Assembly: GCA_038258415.1 (NCBI GenBank) | Contig: JBBSPY010000001.1 | Coordinates: 1-53,765, forward strand | Source: Burkholderiales bacterium | GTDB taxonomy: Bacteria; Pseudomonadota; Gammaproteobacteria; Burkholderiales; Burkholderiaceae_C | Direction of reading: 5' to 3' | DNA: 53,765 nt | Part shown: positions 29,319-38,753 of the stretch, one piece after another | Position numbering within the stretch: position 1 is the first letter of the stretch | Layout of the letters: each line of letters opens with the position of its first letter | Program-made: the position numbers and the translations under genes | The notes under the pieces: model-generated | What the model was told of the DNA's origin: nothing | The model's input: only the letters and a program-made list of their open reading frames with translations | Databases searched by the model: none

Positions 29319-30311
29319 ATGCCTCATCGCCGCCACATCCTCGCGTTCGCCGTCGCCGGCGCCGCTTCGCTCGCCGCCGGCTTGCCGGGCCCCGCCGCCG
29401 CGCAGAGCGGCGACTGGCCCAACCGCACGATCAAGATCGTCATCCCCTACGGCCCCGGCTCGTCGCCCGACGTGTTCGCGCGCCTGATCGCCGAGAAGAT
29501 CTCGCCGAAGCTCGGGCAGACGGTGATCATCGAGAACAGGCCGGGCGGCGGTGGCAACAACGCGACCGGCCAGGTCGCGAAGGAGAAGGGCGACGGCTAC
29601 ACCTTCCTCGTCTCGACCAATGGCCCGCTCGTCTACAACACGGTGCTGTACAAGAAGCTCGGCTACGACCCGTTCACCGAGCTGCGTCCGGTGGTGCTCG
29701 GCGGCACGCAGGCCAACGTGTGCGCGGTGCGCGCCGACAGCGGCATCGAGTCGGTCGGACAGCTCGTCAAGGCGATGAAGGCCAAGCCCGGCCAGTTCAA
29801 TTTCGCCTCCACGGGCGTCGGCAGCCTGTCGCAGCTCGGCGTCGAGCTGCTCAAGTCGAAGACCGGCACCTTCGCCGTGCACGTGCCCTACGCGTCGTCG
29901 CCGCTGGCGATCCTGGCGCTCCTGCAAGGCGATGTGCAGTTCGCCTGCGTTCCGGCGGTGTCGGTGATCCCTCAGGTCAAGGCCGGCAAGCTGCGGCCGC
30001 TCGCGGTGTCGACCGCCAGGCGCAGCCCCTTCACGCCCGACATCCCGACCTTCAAGGAGGCCGGCATCCCCGATGTCGAGAGCACGGCGTGGATGGCGGT
30101 GGTCGCGCCGGCGTCGACGCCGACGGAGATCGTCGACCGCATGAACCGCGAGATCAACGCCGCGCTGGCTTCGCCCGACGTGCGCGAGAAACTCGCCGCC
30201 GTCTACATGGAGCCCGGTGGCGGATCCCCCGAAGACCTGAAGCGCTTCATGCAGAACCAGCTGACCGTGATGAAGCCGGTGATCCTGCGCAGCGGCGCGA
30301 AGGTGGAGTAG
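29319..30311 (+). CDS. Bug/TctC tripartite tricarboxylate transporter substrate-binding protein
   Basis: Tat-like HRRHILA signal; WPNRTIKIVIPYGPG, IENRPGGGG, HVPY and PDIPTFKE; AGGAG RBS. Confidence 0.93.
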   Translation: MPHRRHILAFAVAGAASLAAGLPGPAAAQSGDWPNRTIKIVIPYGPGSSPDVFARLIAEKISPKLGQTVIIENRPGGGGNNATGQVAKEKGDGYTFLVSTNGPLVYNTVLYKKLGYDPFTELRPVVLGGTQANVCAVRADSGIESVGQLVKAMKAKPGQFNFASTGVGSLSQLGVELLKSKTGTFAVHVPYASSPLAILALLQGDVQFACVPAVSVIPQVKAGKLRPLAVSTARRSPFTPDIPTFKEAGIPDVESTAWMAVVAPASTPTEIVDRMNREINAALASPDVREKLAAVYMEPGGGSPEDLKRFMQNQLTVMKPVILRSGAKVE

Positions 30312-30337
30312 CGCTCGGAAGCGGACGCGCGTCCGCC

Positions 30338-32302
30338 ATGACGCTGCGCGTCGGAGTCGAGCGGCGCGCCGCCGACCCGGCCGAGGTCGACGCGGCGATC
30401 GCCGCCATCGAGCACCGGCCTGGCTTCTACTTCGGTACCGACGGCGGCGTTGCCGGGCTGCACCCGTTCGGCGCGACGCTGCTGGTCGAACCTTCGTTGT
30501 GCCTGCGACTGGGCGACGGGGCGCTCGTGGTCGATCCGCTCGACGGGTTCGGCTCGTCGCTCGTCGCATCGGCGCCGTTCGACGTGTTTCGACGCAAGGC
30601 GCAGCGCGGCCCGGTGGTCGCCGCACTGCGCGCCTTCCTTGCCGCCTTGCCCTCGCTGCCCGAGATCCGGCTGGTCGGCGCCTGGCGTTTCGACGCGCAT
30701 CGGCTCGCGTCAGGCACCGGGGGCGACGGCGAGCTTGGCTTCTTCCTGTTCGGGCGGACGCTGCTCGAACGAGACGCGCGCGGCACGTGGCATCGCGTGT
30801 CGCTGACATTCGAGGGTGTCGACGACTCGACCCCGGCGCCGCCCGCCGTCGCCCGTGGCGGGCACGGCAGGCGCGTCGCGGTCGACGATTTCGCCCCCGG
30901 CGCCTATGCCGATGTCGTCGCTCGCGGCATCACCGCCCTGTCGTCACCCGGATTCGTCTCGCTCACGCTCAGCCAGCGCTTCCGGCGCGCCGCGGGCGAC
31001 ATCTCCGCCGCGGCCGCGTTCGAACGCCTGCGCCGTGCCAACCCAGCGCCCGCGACGTTCTGCTTTCACGACGGTGGCGGCGAGCGCGTGTTCGGCGCCT
31101 CGCCCGACCTGCAGCTCGTCGTTCGCGGCCGGTGCGTCGAGTCGTTGCCGGTGTGCGGAACCGTGGTCCGCGGCGAGGGAGCGGTCGGCGAGGCCGAGTC
31201 GCTGCGGGCGCTGTATGCGTCGGAAGTCGACGCGGCATCGCTCGCCGTCTGCAGCGACGCGCTGAAGAACGATCTCGCGCCGCTGTGCGAGTCCGGCACG
31301 CTCGAGCTGACCGACCGTCGACGGCCGATGTCGCTCGCGACCGTCGTGCACGCCGTCGACCGGCTCGCCGGCACGCTGCGCGACGGCGTCGACGCATGGG
31401 ACGCGATCCTCGCGACCGCGGCGCCGCCCATGCTCGTGGGCGCGCCGCGCCACCAGGCGCTGGCGGCGATCGCCTCGCTCGAAGTGTCGCCGCGCGGCTG
31501 GTACGGCGGCCTCGTCGTCGAGGTGCGCGCTGACGGCGACGCTCGCGTCGGCACGTTGCTGCGTGCCGCGTCGCTGCAGGGCGGCATCGCCGAGGTGAGC
31601 ACCGGCGGCGAGCTGCTCGCCGACTCCGATCCGGTGCACGAGGCGGAGGAGTCGCGGGTCAAGGCGACGTCGCTGTGGCGGGCGCTCGGCCTCGACGGGC
31701 ACCGCACGCTCGCAGCCGATGTGAAAACGTCGCACCCTCGGGCGGCGGCCCCGGCGGAGCTCGCGGTCAGGCTCGATGCGGCCGGCGACCCTTACGCCGC
31801 CTCGCTGGCCAACGCGCTCGCATCGATCGGCGTCTCGGTCGTGGCGTCGTCACGGGTTCGCGTCGTCGCGGGCATCGGCGCGGACTCGACGCTGGCCGGC
31901 GCGCTGCCGGGGTCGGTCGTCATCGGGGATGCCGCGTTCGTCGTCCTTCAGCAAGCCGGTTTCGCGGTCGAGCGGACCGCGCCGAGGCACGGCCGACTCG
32001 CGGCAGCCCGGCCCGAGCCCGCCCTCGCCGCCGCCTTCGATCGGCCGCTCGTGCACGTCGGCATTCACGCGCGTCACCGACTTCATGAGGGCGCGATGCC
32101 GTCGGGATGGGCGGTGTGGTTGCGCGAGACTTCAACCGCCGCTCCACTGGCGCTGTTCCATCCCGCGTCTGCGCGCGTGTGCCTGCTGTTTCGCCCCGAG
32201 TCGACGCTGTCCGACCGCGGCGCACTGTGGATACTTCGTCACGCCATCGACGCCGTGTTGGTCGCGCCCGCAAACAACGCGCCGATGAATGGCATGATTT
32301 GA
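30338..32302 (+). CDS. Divergent fused anthranilate synthase TrpE(G)-like protein (MST domain plus degenerate GATase)
   Basis: RANPAP, GASPD, PVCGT, CSD..KND, GAPR, RGWYGG and DSDP...EES.VK, followed by a GATase-like tail ending FRPES. Confidence 0.8.
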   Translation: MTLRVGVERRAADPAEVDAAIAAIEHRPGFYFGTDGGVAGLHPFGATLLVEPSLCLRLGDGALVVDPLDGFGSSLVASAPFDVFRRKAQRGPVVAALRAFLAALPSLPEIRLVGAWRFDAHRLASGTGGDGELGFFLFGRTLLERDARGTWHRVSLTFEGVDDSTPAPPAVARGGHGRRVAVDDFAPGAYADVVARGITALSSPGFVSLTLSQRFRRAAGDISAAAAFERLRRANPAPATFCFHDGGGERVFGASPDLQLVVRGRCVESLPVCGTVVRGEGAVGEAESLRALYASEVDAASLAVCSDALKNDLAPLCESGTLELTDRRRPMSLATVVHAVDRLAGTLRDGVDAWDAILATAAPPMLVGAPRHQALAAIASLEVSPRGWYGGLVVEVRADGDARVGTLLRAASLQGGIAEVSTGGELLADSDPVHEAEESRVKATSLWRALGLDGHRTLAADVKTSHPRAAAPAELAVRLDAAGDPYAASLANALASIGVSVVASSRVRVVAGIGADSTLAGALPGSVVIGDAAFVVLQQAGFAVERTAPRHGRLAAARPEPALAAAFDRPLVHVGIHARHRLHEGAMPSGWAVWLRETSTAAPLALFHPASARVCLLFRPESTLSDRGALWILRHAIDAVLVAPANNAPMNGMI

Positions 32303-32330
32303 CCGTCTGCCCGCATCCGGAGTCGAACCC

Positions 32331-33551
32331 ATGACCATCGCATCCACCGTTCTCGGCCGCCGTCAACTGCTCGCCCGCGGCGCAAGCGCCGCCGTCGGTG
32401 TCGGCCTCGCCAGCGTCAGCGGCACGGCCGCCGCGCAGGCCGCCGCGCCCGCCGCCGCCGGAGCGAAGCCGCTTCCTGCCTATGTCGCGTGGAAGGACCC
32501 GAGCGCTGTGATCGTCCACAGCTCGAACACCATCGAGACCAAGCGCGGCGCTTTTGGCACCAGCGTCATCACGCCGGCCGAGCAGCTTTACGTGCGCAAC
32601 AACCTGCCGCCGCCCGATGCCTCGATCCTCAACGACCGCGACGCCTGGCAGGTTTCGATCGAAGGCGTGAAGAACCCGCGGACCCTCAGCGTCGGCGACC
32701 TCAAGACGATGGGCCTCGAAACGATCGCGACCGTTCTTCAGTGCTCCGGCAATGGCCGCGGCTTTTTCCCCAGCAAGCCGAGCGGAACGCAGTGGACCGT
32801 GGGTGCTGCCGGTTGCATCATCTGGAGCGGCATTCCCGTGCGCCATCTCGTCGAGGAGCTGGGCGGCGTCGCGCCCGGAATGCGATACCTGACCGGCACC
32901 GGCGGCGAAAAGATCCCGGCCGGCGTCGACCCGCTGTCGGTGATGGTCGAGCGCTCGATGGCGGTCAAGGTCGCGGACGACGCGATCCTCGCGTGGGAGA
33001 TGAACGGAGCGCCGCTGTCGCTGGCGCACGGCGGCCCATTGCGGCTCATCGTGCCTGGCTACAACGGCGTCAACAACGTCAAGTACGTGAGACGCGTTGC
33101 ATTTACCGCCGAGGAGTCGAAGGCCAAGATCATGGCCACGAGTTACCGCATGACGCCGCTCGGGCAGAAGAGCACGCCGAGCGAACCGTCGCTGCAGGAG
33201 ATGAACGTCAAGTCATGGGTCACGTCGCCGGTCGGCGACGACCGGGTGAAGGCAGGCGTCGTCTACGTCACCGGCGTGGCGTTCAGTGACGGTTCTCCGA
33301 TCCGTCGCGTCGAGCTGTCGACCGACGGCGGCCGGACGTGGATCGATGCGTCGTTCATCGGTCCCGATCTGGGCCGCTTCGCGTGGCGGCAGTTCGCCCT
33401 GCCGATGCGCATGCCGGCGGGCAGCTATGTCGTCGTCAGCCGTGCCACCGACGCGGCCGGTCATACCCAGCCCGAGAAGCGCCTCGAGAATGAGCGCGGC
33501 TACGCCAACAACAGCTGGCTCGATCACGCCGTCAAGGTCGCTGTTGGCTGA
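32331..33551 (+). CDS. sorT: Periplasmic sulfite dehydrogenase, molybdopterin subunit
   Basis: Tat signal LGRRQLL; VLQCSGNGR Mo-ligating Cys, HGGPLRL and NNVKY; the N-terminal ETKRGAFGTSVITP matches recalled SorT. Confidence 0.85.
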   Translation: MTIASTVLGRRQLLARGASAAVGVGLASVSGTAAAQAAAPAAAGAKPLPAYVAWKDPSAVIVHSSNTIETKRGAFGTSVITPAEQLYVRNNLPPPDASILNDRDAWQVSIEGVKNPRTLSVGDLKTMGLETIATVLQCSGNGRGFFPSKPSGTQWTVGAAGCIIWSGIPVRHLVEELGGVAPGMRYLTGTGGEKIPAGVDPLSVMVERSMAVKVADDAILAWEMNGAPLSLAHGGPLRLIVPGYNGVNNVKYVRRVAFTAEESKAKIMATSYRMTPLGQKSTPSEPSLQEMNVKSWVTSPVGDDRVKAGVVYVTGVAFSDGSPIRRVELSTDGGRTWIDASFIGPDLGRFAWRQFALPMRMPAGSYVVVSRATDAAGHTQPEKRLENERGYANNSWLDHAVKVAVG

Positions 33552-33912
33552 TCGGATCGCAGCCGCTCGAAGGTCGCACGGTATCGCCGCGGTGGTCATC
33601 ACCGTGGCGGCCACCTTCGTCGCAACACCCGAGGCCCGCGCCGCCGATGATGCGGCGCAGCTCGCCGCCGGCAAGGCGCTTTTCGTCTCCGGTGCCGCGC
33701 CGCCATGCGGCCTCTGCCACACGCTTCAGGACGCCGGCACGACCGGCGCCATCGGCCCCGTGCTCGACGAGCTGCAGCCCGACGCCGCTCGCGTCGCTGC
33801 CGCCTTGCGCAGCGGCCTCGGCGTGATGCCGTCGTACAAGGCGACGCTGACCGAGGCGCAGATTTTGGCGGCCGCGCGCTACGTCGCCAAGGCGAGCGGC
33901 GGCGCGAAGTAG
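33544..33912 (+). CDS. sorU: Monoheme cytochrome c, SorU family
   Basis: CGLCH, GPVLDELQPD and axial Met GVMP; signal peptide; the TTG start overlapping the sorT stop is inferred. Confidence 0.82.
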   Translation: MADRIAAARRSHGIAAVVITVAATFVATPEARAADDAAQLAAGKALFVSGAAPPCGLCHTLQDAGTTGAIGPVLDELQPDAARVAAALRSGLGVMPSYKATLTEAQILAAARYVAKASGGAK

Positions 33913-33972
33913 CCCCGGGTTGCGCGTGCCGCGAGCGCGCGAGGCCGTGGCGCACCGAACGACAATCCACGG

Positions 33973-35907
33973 GTGATCAACCTTCCGGCTCGCGTCTTCG
34001 GCCCCTGGGTCCGGCGCGTCGACGGCGAGACGCTGCGGATCGACGGCTTCGCCGGCCTGCTCGGCGCGTTGCTCGTCCTGCCACAGGCCATCGCCTTCGC
34101 GACGCTGGCAGGGTTGCCTCCCGAGTACGGCATCTACTCGGCGGTCGTGCCGACGGTCATAGCCGCGCTGTTCGGCTCGAGCTGGCAAGTCGTGTCGGGG
34201 CCGACCAACGCGAATTCGCTGGCCCTGTTCGCGACGCTCGCACCGCTCGCGGTGGTGCAGACGCCGGCCTATATCGCGCTCGCGCTGACGGTCACCGTGC
34301 TGGTCGGGTTGATGCAGTTCGGGATCGGGGCGCTGCGCCTCGGCGCGATCGCCAACTTCATCTCCCCGGCGGCGCTGCGCGGCTTCACGAGCGGCGCCGC
34401 GACGCTCATCGCGCTCTACGCGATCCCCGACCTGCTCGGCATCACGGCGCCGTCGGCGCATCGCGTGCAGACGCTGGTCGGGCACGTGTCATCGAACATC
34501 GGCGCGACATCCGTGTCGGCGCTCGGCGTCGGGCTCGTGACGGTCGTCGTGGTGCTCGTCGTCAGGCGGTTCGCGCCGAAGTGGCCCTTCATGCTTGCCG
34601 GCATCGTCGTCGGCACGGCGCTCGCCTGGGTCGTCAACCGCTGGGGCGTCGGCCTCGTGCTGGCGAAGGTCGACGTCGTCGGGCCGATCCCGTCGGCTTG
34701 GCCGCAGTTCCGCGTGCCTGCAGTCGACCCGCGCATCCTGCCCGACCTCGTCGGCATCGCCTTCGCGCTCACCATCGTCGCCCTCGGCCAGTCGATCTCC
34801 ATCGCCAAGGCGATCGCCGAGCGCAGCGGCCAGTACATCGACGCCAACCGAGAGTTCCGCGGCCAGGGCCTGTCGAACATCGTCGGCGGCTTCTTCTCGT
34901 CGTACGTGTCCTGCGGCTCGCTCAACCGCTCGGTGCCCAACCTCGAGTCGGGGGCACGCACGCCGCTGGCAGCCGTGTTCGCAGCCGCATGGCTGCTGCT
35001 TCTGATCGCGGTCAGCTCGCCGCTTCTGGCGCAGATCCCGCGCCCGGCCATCGCCGGGTTGTTGGTCGTCATCGCCTGGACGCTCTTCGACTTCGACGCC
35101 TGGCATCGCCTGTGGCGGTTCAGTCCAAAGGACTTCGCCGTAGCCGCGGCGACCTTCCTGGCCACGATCACGATCCGCATCGAGATGGCGATCCTGCTCG
35201 GAGCGCTGCTGTCTCTCGTCGTCTATCTGTACCGAACCTCGAAACCGGAGATGCGCGTGATGGGGTTCGACAGTCGCGAGTCGGGCCGTCCGTTCGTCGT
35301 TCGAGCCGATGCGACCGAGCCGCTGCCGGAGTGCCCGCAGTTGAAGATGGTGCGGATGGAGGGCGAGGTCTATTTCGGCGCCGTCTCGCACGTGAGCGAT
35401 CAGCTGCGCGACCTGCGGGCGCCGGTCGGCTCGGCGAGGCACTTGCTGGTGATGGCCAAGAGCATGAACTTCATCGACCTCGCAGCCGCCGACATGTGGC
35501 GCGCCGAAATGGTGACGCGGCGGGCCCGGGGCGGCGACCTGTACTTCCACCGGCCGCGCGCGCCGGTGATGGAGCTGTGGCAACGCACCGGCTTCATCGA
35601 GGCGCTCGGCGTCGACCACATCTACCCGGCCAAGCGGCTCGCCATCACGGCCATCTTCGACCGGCTGGATCGCGACATCTGCGCGCACTGCAAGGCGCGC
35701 ATCTACGCCGAGTGCCAGACCTTGCCGGCGCCGGTGCCGCCGTTCGTCGGCGCCGGCGTCGCCGCGGCGCCGAAGCCCGAGCCGGGCAAGACGGCCGCTC
35801 GCGCCGCGTCGGCGGTGGCCGCGCTGCGCCGTGTCCTGCCGGGGGGTGGTGCGACTACAGGGACATCCGCTGCAGCTCCGGCTCCCGATCGAGAAACTGA
35901 TGCTTGA
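33973..35907 (+). CDS. SulP family anion transporter with STAS domain
   Basis: PQAIAFA, ALFGSS, DANREF..QG and a STAS region (VYFGA, NFIDL). Confidence 0.92.
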   Translation: MINLPARVFGPWVRRVDGETLRIDGFAGLLGALLVLPQAIAFATLAGLPPEYGIYSAVVPTVIAALFGSSWQVVSGPTNANSLALFATLAPLAVVQTPAYIALALTVTVLVGLMQFGIGALRLGAIANFISPAALRGFTSGAATLIALYAIPDLLGITAPSAHRVQTLVGHVSSNIGATSVSALGVGLVTVVVVLVVRRFAPKWPFMLAGIVVGTALAWVVNRWGVGLVLAKVDVVGPIPSAWPQFRVPAVDPRILPDLVGIAFALTIVALGQSISIAKAIAERSGQYIDANREFRGQGLSNIVGGFFSSYVSCGSLNRSVPNLESGARTPLAAVFAAAWLLLLIAVSSPLLAQIPRPAIAGLLVVIAWTLFDFDAWHRLWRFSPKDFAVAAATFLATITIRIEMAILLGALLSLVVYLYRTSKPEMRVMGFDSRESGRPFVVRADATEPLPECPQLKMVRMEGEVYFGAVSHVSDQLRDLRAPVGSARHLLVMAKSMNFIDLAAADMWRAEMVTRRARGGDLYFHRPRAPVMELWQRTGFIEALGVDHIYPAKRLAITAIFDRLDRDICAHCKARIYAECQTLPAPVPPFVGAGVAAAPKPEPGKTAARAASAVAALRRVLPGGGATTGTSAAAPAPDRETDA

Positions 35908-36415
35908 GCGCGCCGGCGATGTGCAGTGCCAGCAAGCCGTACAGCACGTAGCCGAAGACAACGTGGAACCAGCCGAAGAGGTCGTGCAGCGATTCCTTGC
36001 GCACCGGCTCCACGTGCTCGATCCAGCCGATGCGCGGCCACGGCACCACGCCATATAGCGTCATCGGGTGGGTCGCGGCGCCCTTCCAGGCCGAGTCGTG
36101 CATCCAGCCGGAGAGTGGCAGCGCCAGCATCAGCGCGTAGAGCGCACCGTGCGCGGCATGGGCCGCCACGCGCTCCCAGCGGGCGTAGCCGGACGGCATC
36201 GGCGGCGGGCGATGGCCGATCCGCCAGAGGATGCGCAGCAGCACCAGCCCGAGCACGGTGATGCCGGTCGACTTGTGGGTGTCGATGACGGGTCGCACCC
36301 AATCGTCGGGTAGCCAGTCGGCCGAGAGACCCAGGGCGATGTTGACGAGGATGCCGACGGCGATCAGCCAGTGCAGGACGACGGCGGTTTTCGTGTAGTG
36401 GTGGACGGTGGTCAT
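35855..36415 (-). CDS. Cytochrome b561 (di-heme membrane cytochrome)
   Basis: LHW, HKSTG, AAHGALY and FH...LHIAGALKH heme-ligating His pattern. Confidence 0.92.
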   Translation of the reverse strand: MTTVHHYTKTAVVLHWLIAVGILVNIALGLSADWLPDDWVRPVIDTHKSTGITVLGLVLLRILWRIGHRPPPMPSGYARWERVAAHAAHGALYALMLALPLSGWMHDSAWKGAATHPMTLYGVVPWPRIGWIEHVEPVRKESLHDLFGWFHVVFGYVLYGLLALHIAGALKHQFLDREPELQRMSL

Positions 36416-36576
36416 GGCCGGTATTTCACACCAGCTCGCCGAACCGGCGACACTCGCCGCCGCGTTGCGTCCGCCGTGACGCCCGGACCGCCCGCTTCAT
36501 CATCGAACCCACGACCGACCCGCTTGCGCAGGCACTGGCCCGCGCCTCGTCACGCCTCGCCCCGCCGCCCACGCCG

Positions 36577-37962
36577 GTGGCGAGCGTCGTCGTCCACGGC
36601 GCCGCGCTTGTCGCGTGGGTGGCCCTGTTCGCCTTCTCGTTCGCCGGGGGAGGGGTGCTGGCGTGGTCGGTGGGGATCGCCTACATCCTGTACGACACGC
36701 TGCTGCAGGCGTTCACCTGCTGGAAGACGTGGGCGCTGCTGCGACCGGCCGGGGCGGCCGTCGCGCAACCCGCCGGGTCGCGGGTCACCGTGGCGGTGAT
36801 CGTCGCGGCGCACAACGAAGCCGCGGTCCTGCCGGCGACGCTCGACGGGCTCCTCTGCCAAGTCGATCCGCCCGAAGAGATCCTCGTCGCCGACGACGGA
36901 TCGACCGACGGCACCGCCAAGGTCCTCTTCGCGCGGCATGGCCTCGCGGCGCCGGAGCCCGGCGAGACGAGCCGGGCCGTTGCCGGTCGCACCGCCATCG
37001 TCTGGCTGCGGCTGCCGCACGGCGGCAAGGCGCGCGCGCTCAACGCGGCGATCCTGCGCACGGCCTGCGACGTCGTGCTCACCGTTGACGGCGACACGCT
37101 GCTCGACGGGGCAGCGGTCGGCGCCGTGCGCGCCGCCTTCGCCGCCGAGCCGGAACTCGCCAGCGTCACCGGCGTCATCACGCCCGTGTGCAGGCCGACG
37201 ACCGCCGGCCGCGTGCTCGAATGGTTCCAGACGTACGAGTACATCCGCAACTTCCTGTCGCGCTATGCCTGGATGCGGGTCGACGGGCTGCTCCTCGTCT
37301 CGGGCGCGTTCGCCGGCTTCCGGCGCGCCGACCTGCTCGAGGTGGGCGGCTTCGATGCCGCCTGCCTCGTCGAGGACTACGAGCTCATCCACCGCATGCG
37401 ACGGCACGCCGCAGCGCGCGGCGTCGTCTGGCGCTTCCGCGTGCTCGGCGGCGCGCAGGCGCGCACCGAGGCGCCGGGCTCGGTCGGGGCGTTCCTGCGC
37501 CAGCGCCGGCGCTGGTTCGGCGGCTTCCTGCAGACGCAGTGGTGGTACCGCGCGATGGTCGGCGACGTGCGGCTCGGCGCGCTGGGCATCTGGATGCTGC
37601 CGGTCAAGGCGATCGACACGCTGCAGCCGCTCTACGGCCTCACCGCCTTCGGGCTTCTCGTCGTCTATGCCGCCACCGGCCGACTTGACGTCGTCGGTCC
37701 CGTCGCGGCGCTGATCGGCGGCAAGGTCGTGGTCGATCTCGCCTTTCACCTGTGGTCGGTGCACCTGTATCGGCGCTGGGTGGGCGACGCGGGGCGCGCG
37801 TCGATCGGCGCCGCCCTGCTCGCGGCCGTTGCCGAGCCGTTCACCTTCCAGCTGCTCCGCCACGCCGGCGCGCTGCTCGGCTGGGTCTCGTTCCTGACCG
37901 GCCAGAAGGCGTGGGGCCGGCAGACGCGCTTCGGCCTGGAGCGGGAGCGCTCGGCCGACTGA
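36577..37962 (+). CDS. Processive GT2 glycosyltransferase, membrane-bound
   Basis: DDGSTD, GKARALN, DGD, ED and QRRRW motifs with flanking TM helices. The true N-terminus may be at 36511. Confidence 0.88.
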   Translation: MASVVVHGAALVAWVALFAFSFAGGGVLAWSVGIAYILYDTLLQAFTCWKTWALLRPAGAAVAQPAGSRVTVAVIVAAHNEAAVLPATLDGLLCQVDPPEEILVADDGSTDGTAKVLFARHGLAAPEPGETSRAVAGRTAIVWLRLPHGGKARALNAAILRTACDVVLTVDGDTLLDGAAVGAVRAAFAAEPELASVTGVITPVCRPTTAGRVLEWFQTYEYIRNFLSRYAWMRVDGLLLVSGAFAGFRRADLLEVGGFDAACLVEDYELIHRMRRHAAARGVVWRFRVLGGAQARTEAPGSVGAFLRQRRRWFGGFLQTQWWYRAMVGDVRLGALGIWMLPVKAIDTLQPLYGLTAFGLLVVYAATGRLDVVGPVAALIGGKVVVDLAFHLWSVHLYRRWVGDAGRASIGAALLAAVAEPFTFQLLRHAGALLGWVSFLTGQKAWGRQTRFGLERERSAD

Positions 37963-38024
37963 GCAACGCCGCGTGGCGCGCAGGCGCCGCCACGTCGGCG
38001 AGGCGCCAGAATCGGCTTACTCCG

Positions 38025-38675
38025 ATGCAGGCTGCCTTTCCCTTCGCTGCGCTCATCGCCGGTTACCTGATCGGCTCGCTGTCGTTCGCCGTCATCGTCA
38101 GCCGGGCGATGGGCCTGGCCGATCCGCGCAGCTACGGCTCGAAGAGTCCGGGCGCGACCAACGTCCTGCGCTCGGGCAACAAGGCGGCCGCCGTGCTCAC
38201 ACTCGCACTCGACGCGCTCAAGGGCTGGGCGCCGTCGTTCGCGGTGTTGCTGCTCGCGCCGCGATGGGGATTCGACGCCGACAGCGTGGCCTGGGCCGCT
38301 GTGCTGGCGGGCCTCGGCGCGTTTCTCGGCCACCTGTGGCCGCTCTGGTTCCGCTTCGCCGGCGGCAAGGGCGTCGCGACCGCAGCCGGCGTGCTGTTCG
38401 CGCTCAACCCTTTGCTCGGCGTCGCGACCCTGCTGACGTGGGCGGCGATCGCGTTCTTCTTCCGCTACTCGTCGCTCGCCTCGCTTGTGGCAGCGGCGTT
38501 CGCGCCGTTCTACGAGCTGCTCATCTGGGGTCCGGGTCCGACTGCGTTCGTCGCCGGTGCGATGGCCTTGCTGCTGGCCTGGCGGCACCGCGCCAACATC
38601 TCGCGGCTGCTGGCGGGCACGGAGAGCCGGCTGGGCTCGAAAGCGTCGAAGCCGCTTCAGAAGAAGCGCCGCTGA
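38025..38675 (+). CDS. plsY: Glycerol-3-phosphate acyltransferase
   Basis: YLIGS, GSKSPGATN, GGKGVAT and HRANI.RL..GTE. Confidence 0.95.
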   Translation: MQAAFPFAALIAGYLIGSLSFAVIVSRAMGLADPRSYGSKSPGATNVLRSGNKAAAVLTLALDALKGWAPSFAVLLLAPRWGFDADSVAWAAVLAGLGAFLGHLWPLWFRFAGGKGVATAAGVLFALNPLLGVATLLTWAAIAFFFRYSSLASLVAAAFAPFYELLIWGPGPTAFVAGAMALLLAWRHRANISRLLAGTESRLGSKASKPLQKKRR

Positions 38676-38753
38676 CGCTTTCGAATCAGGGTCTCCCAGA
38701 GGTCGCAGGGACGCGCTGCCCGTGGCCGGTGGGCGCGAGCCGGCGGAATGCCG

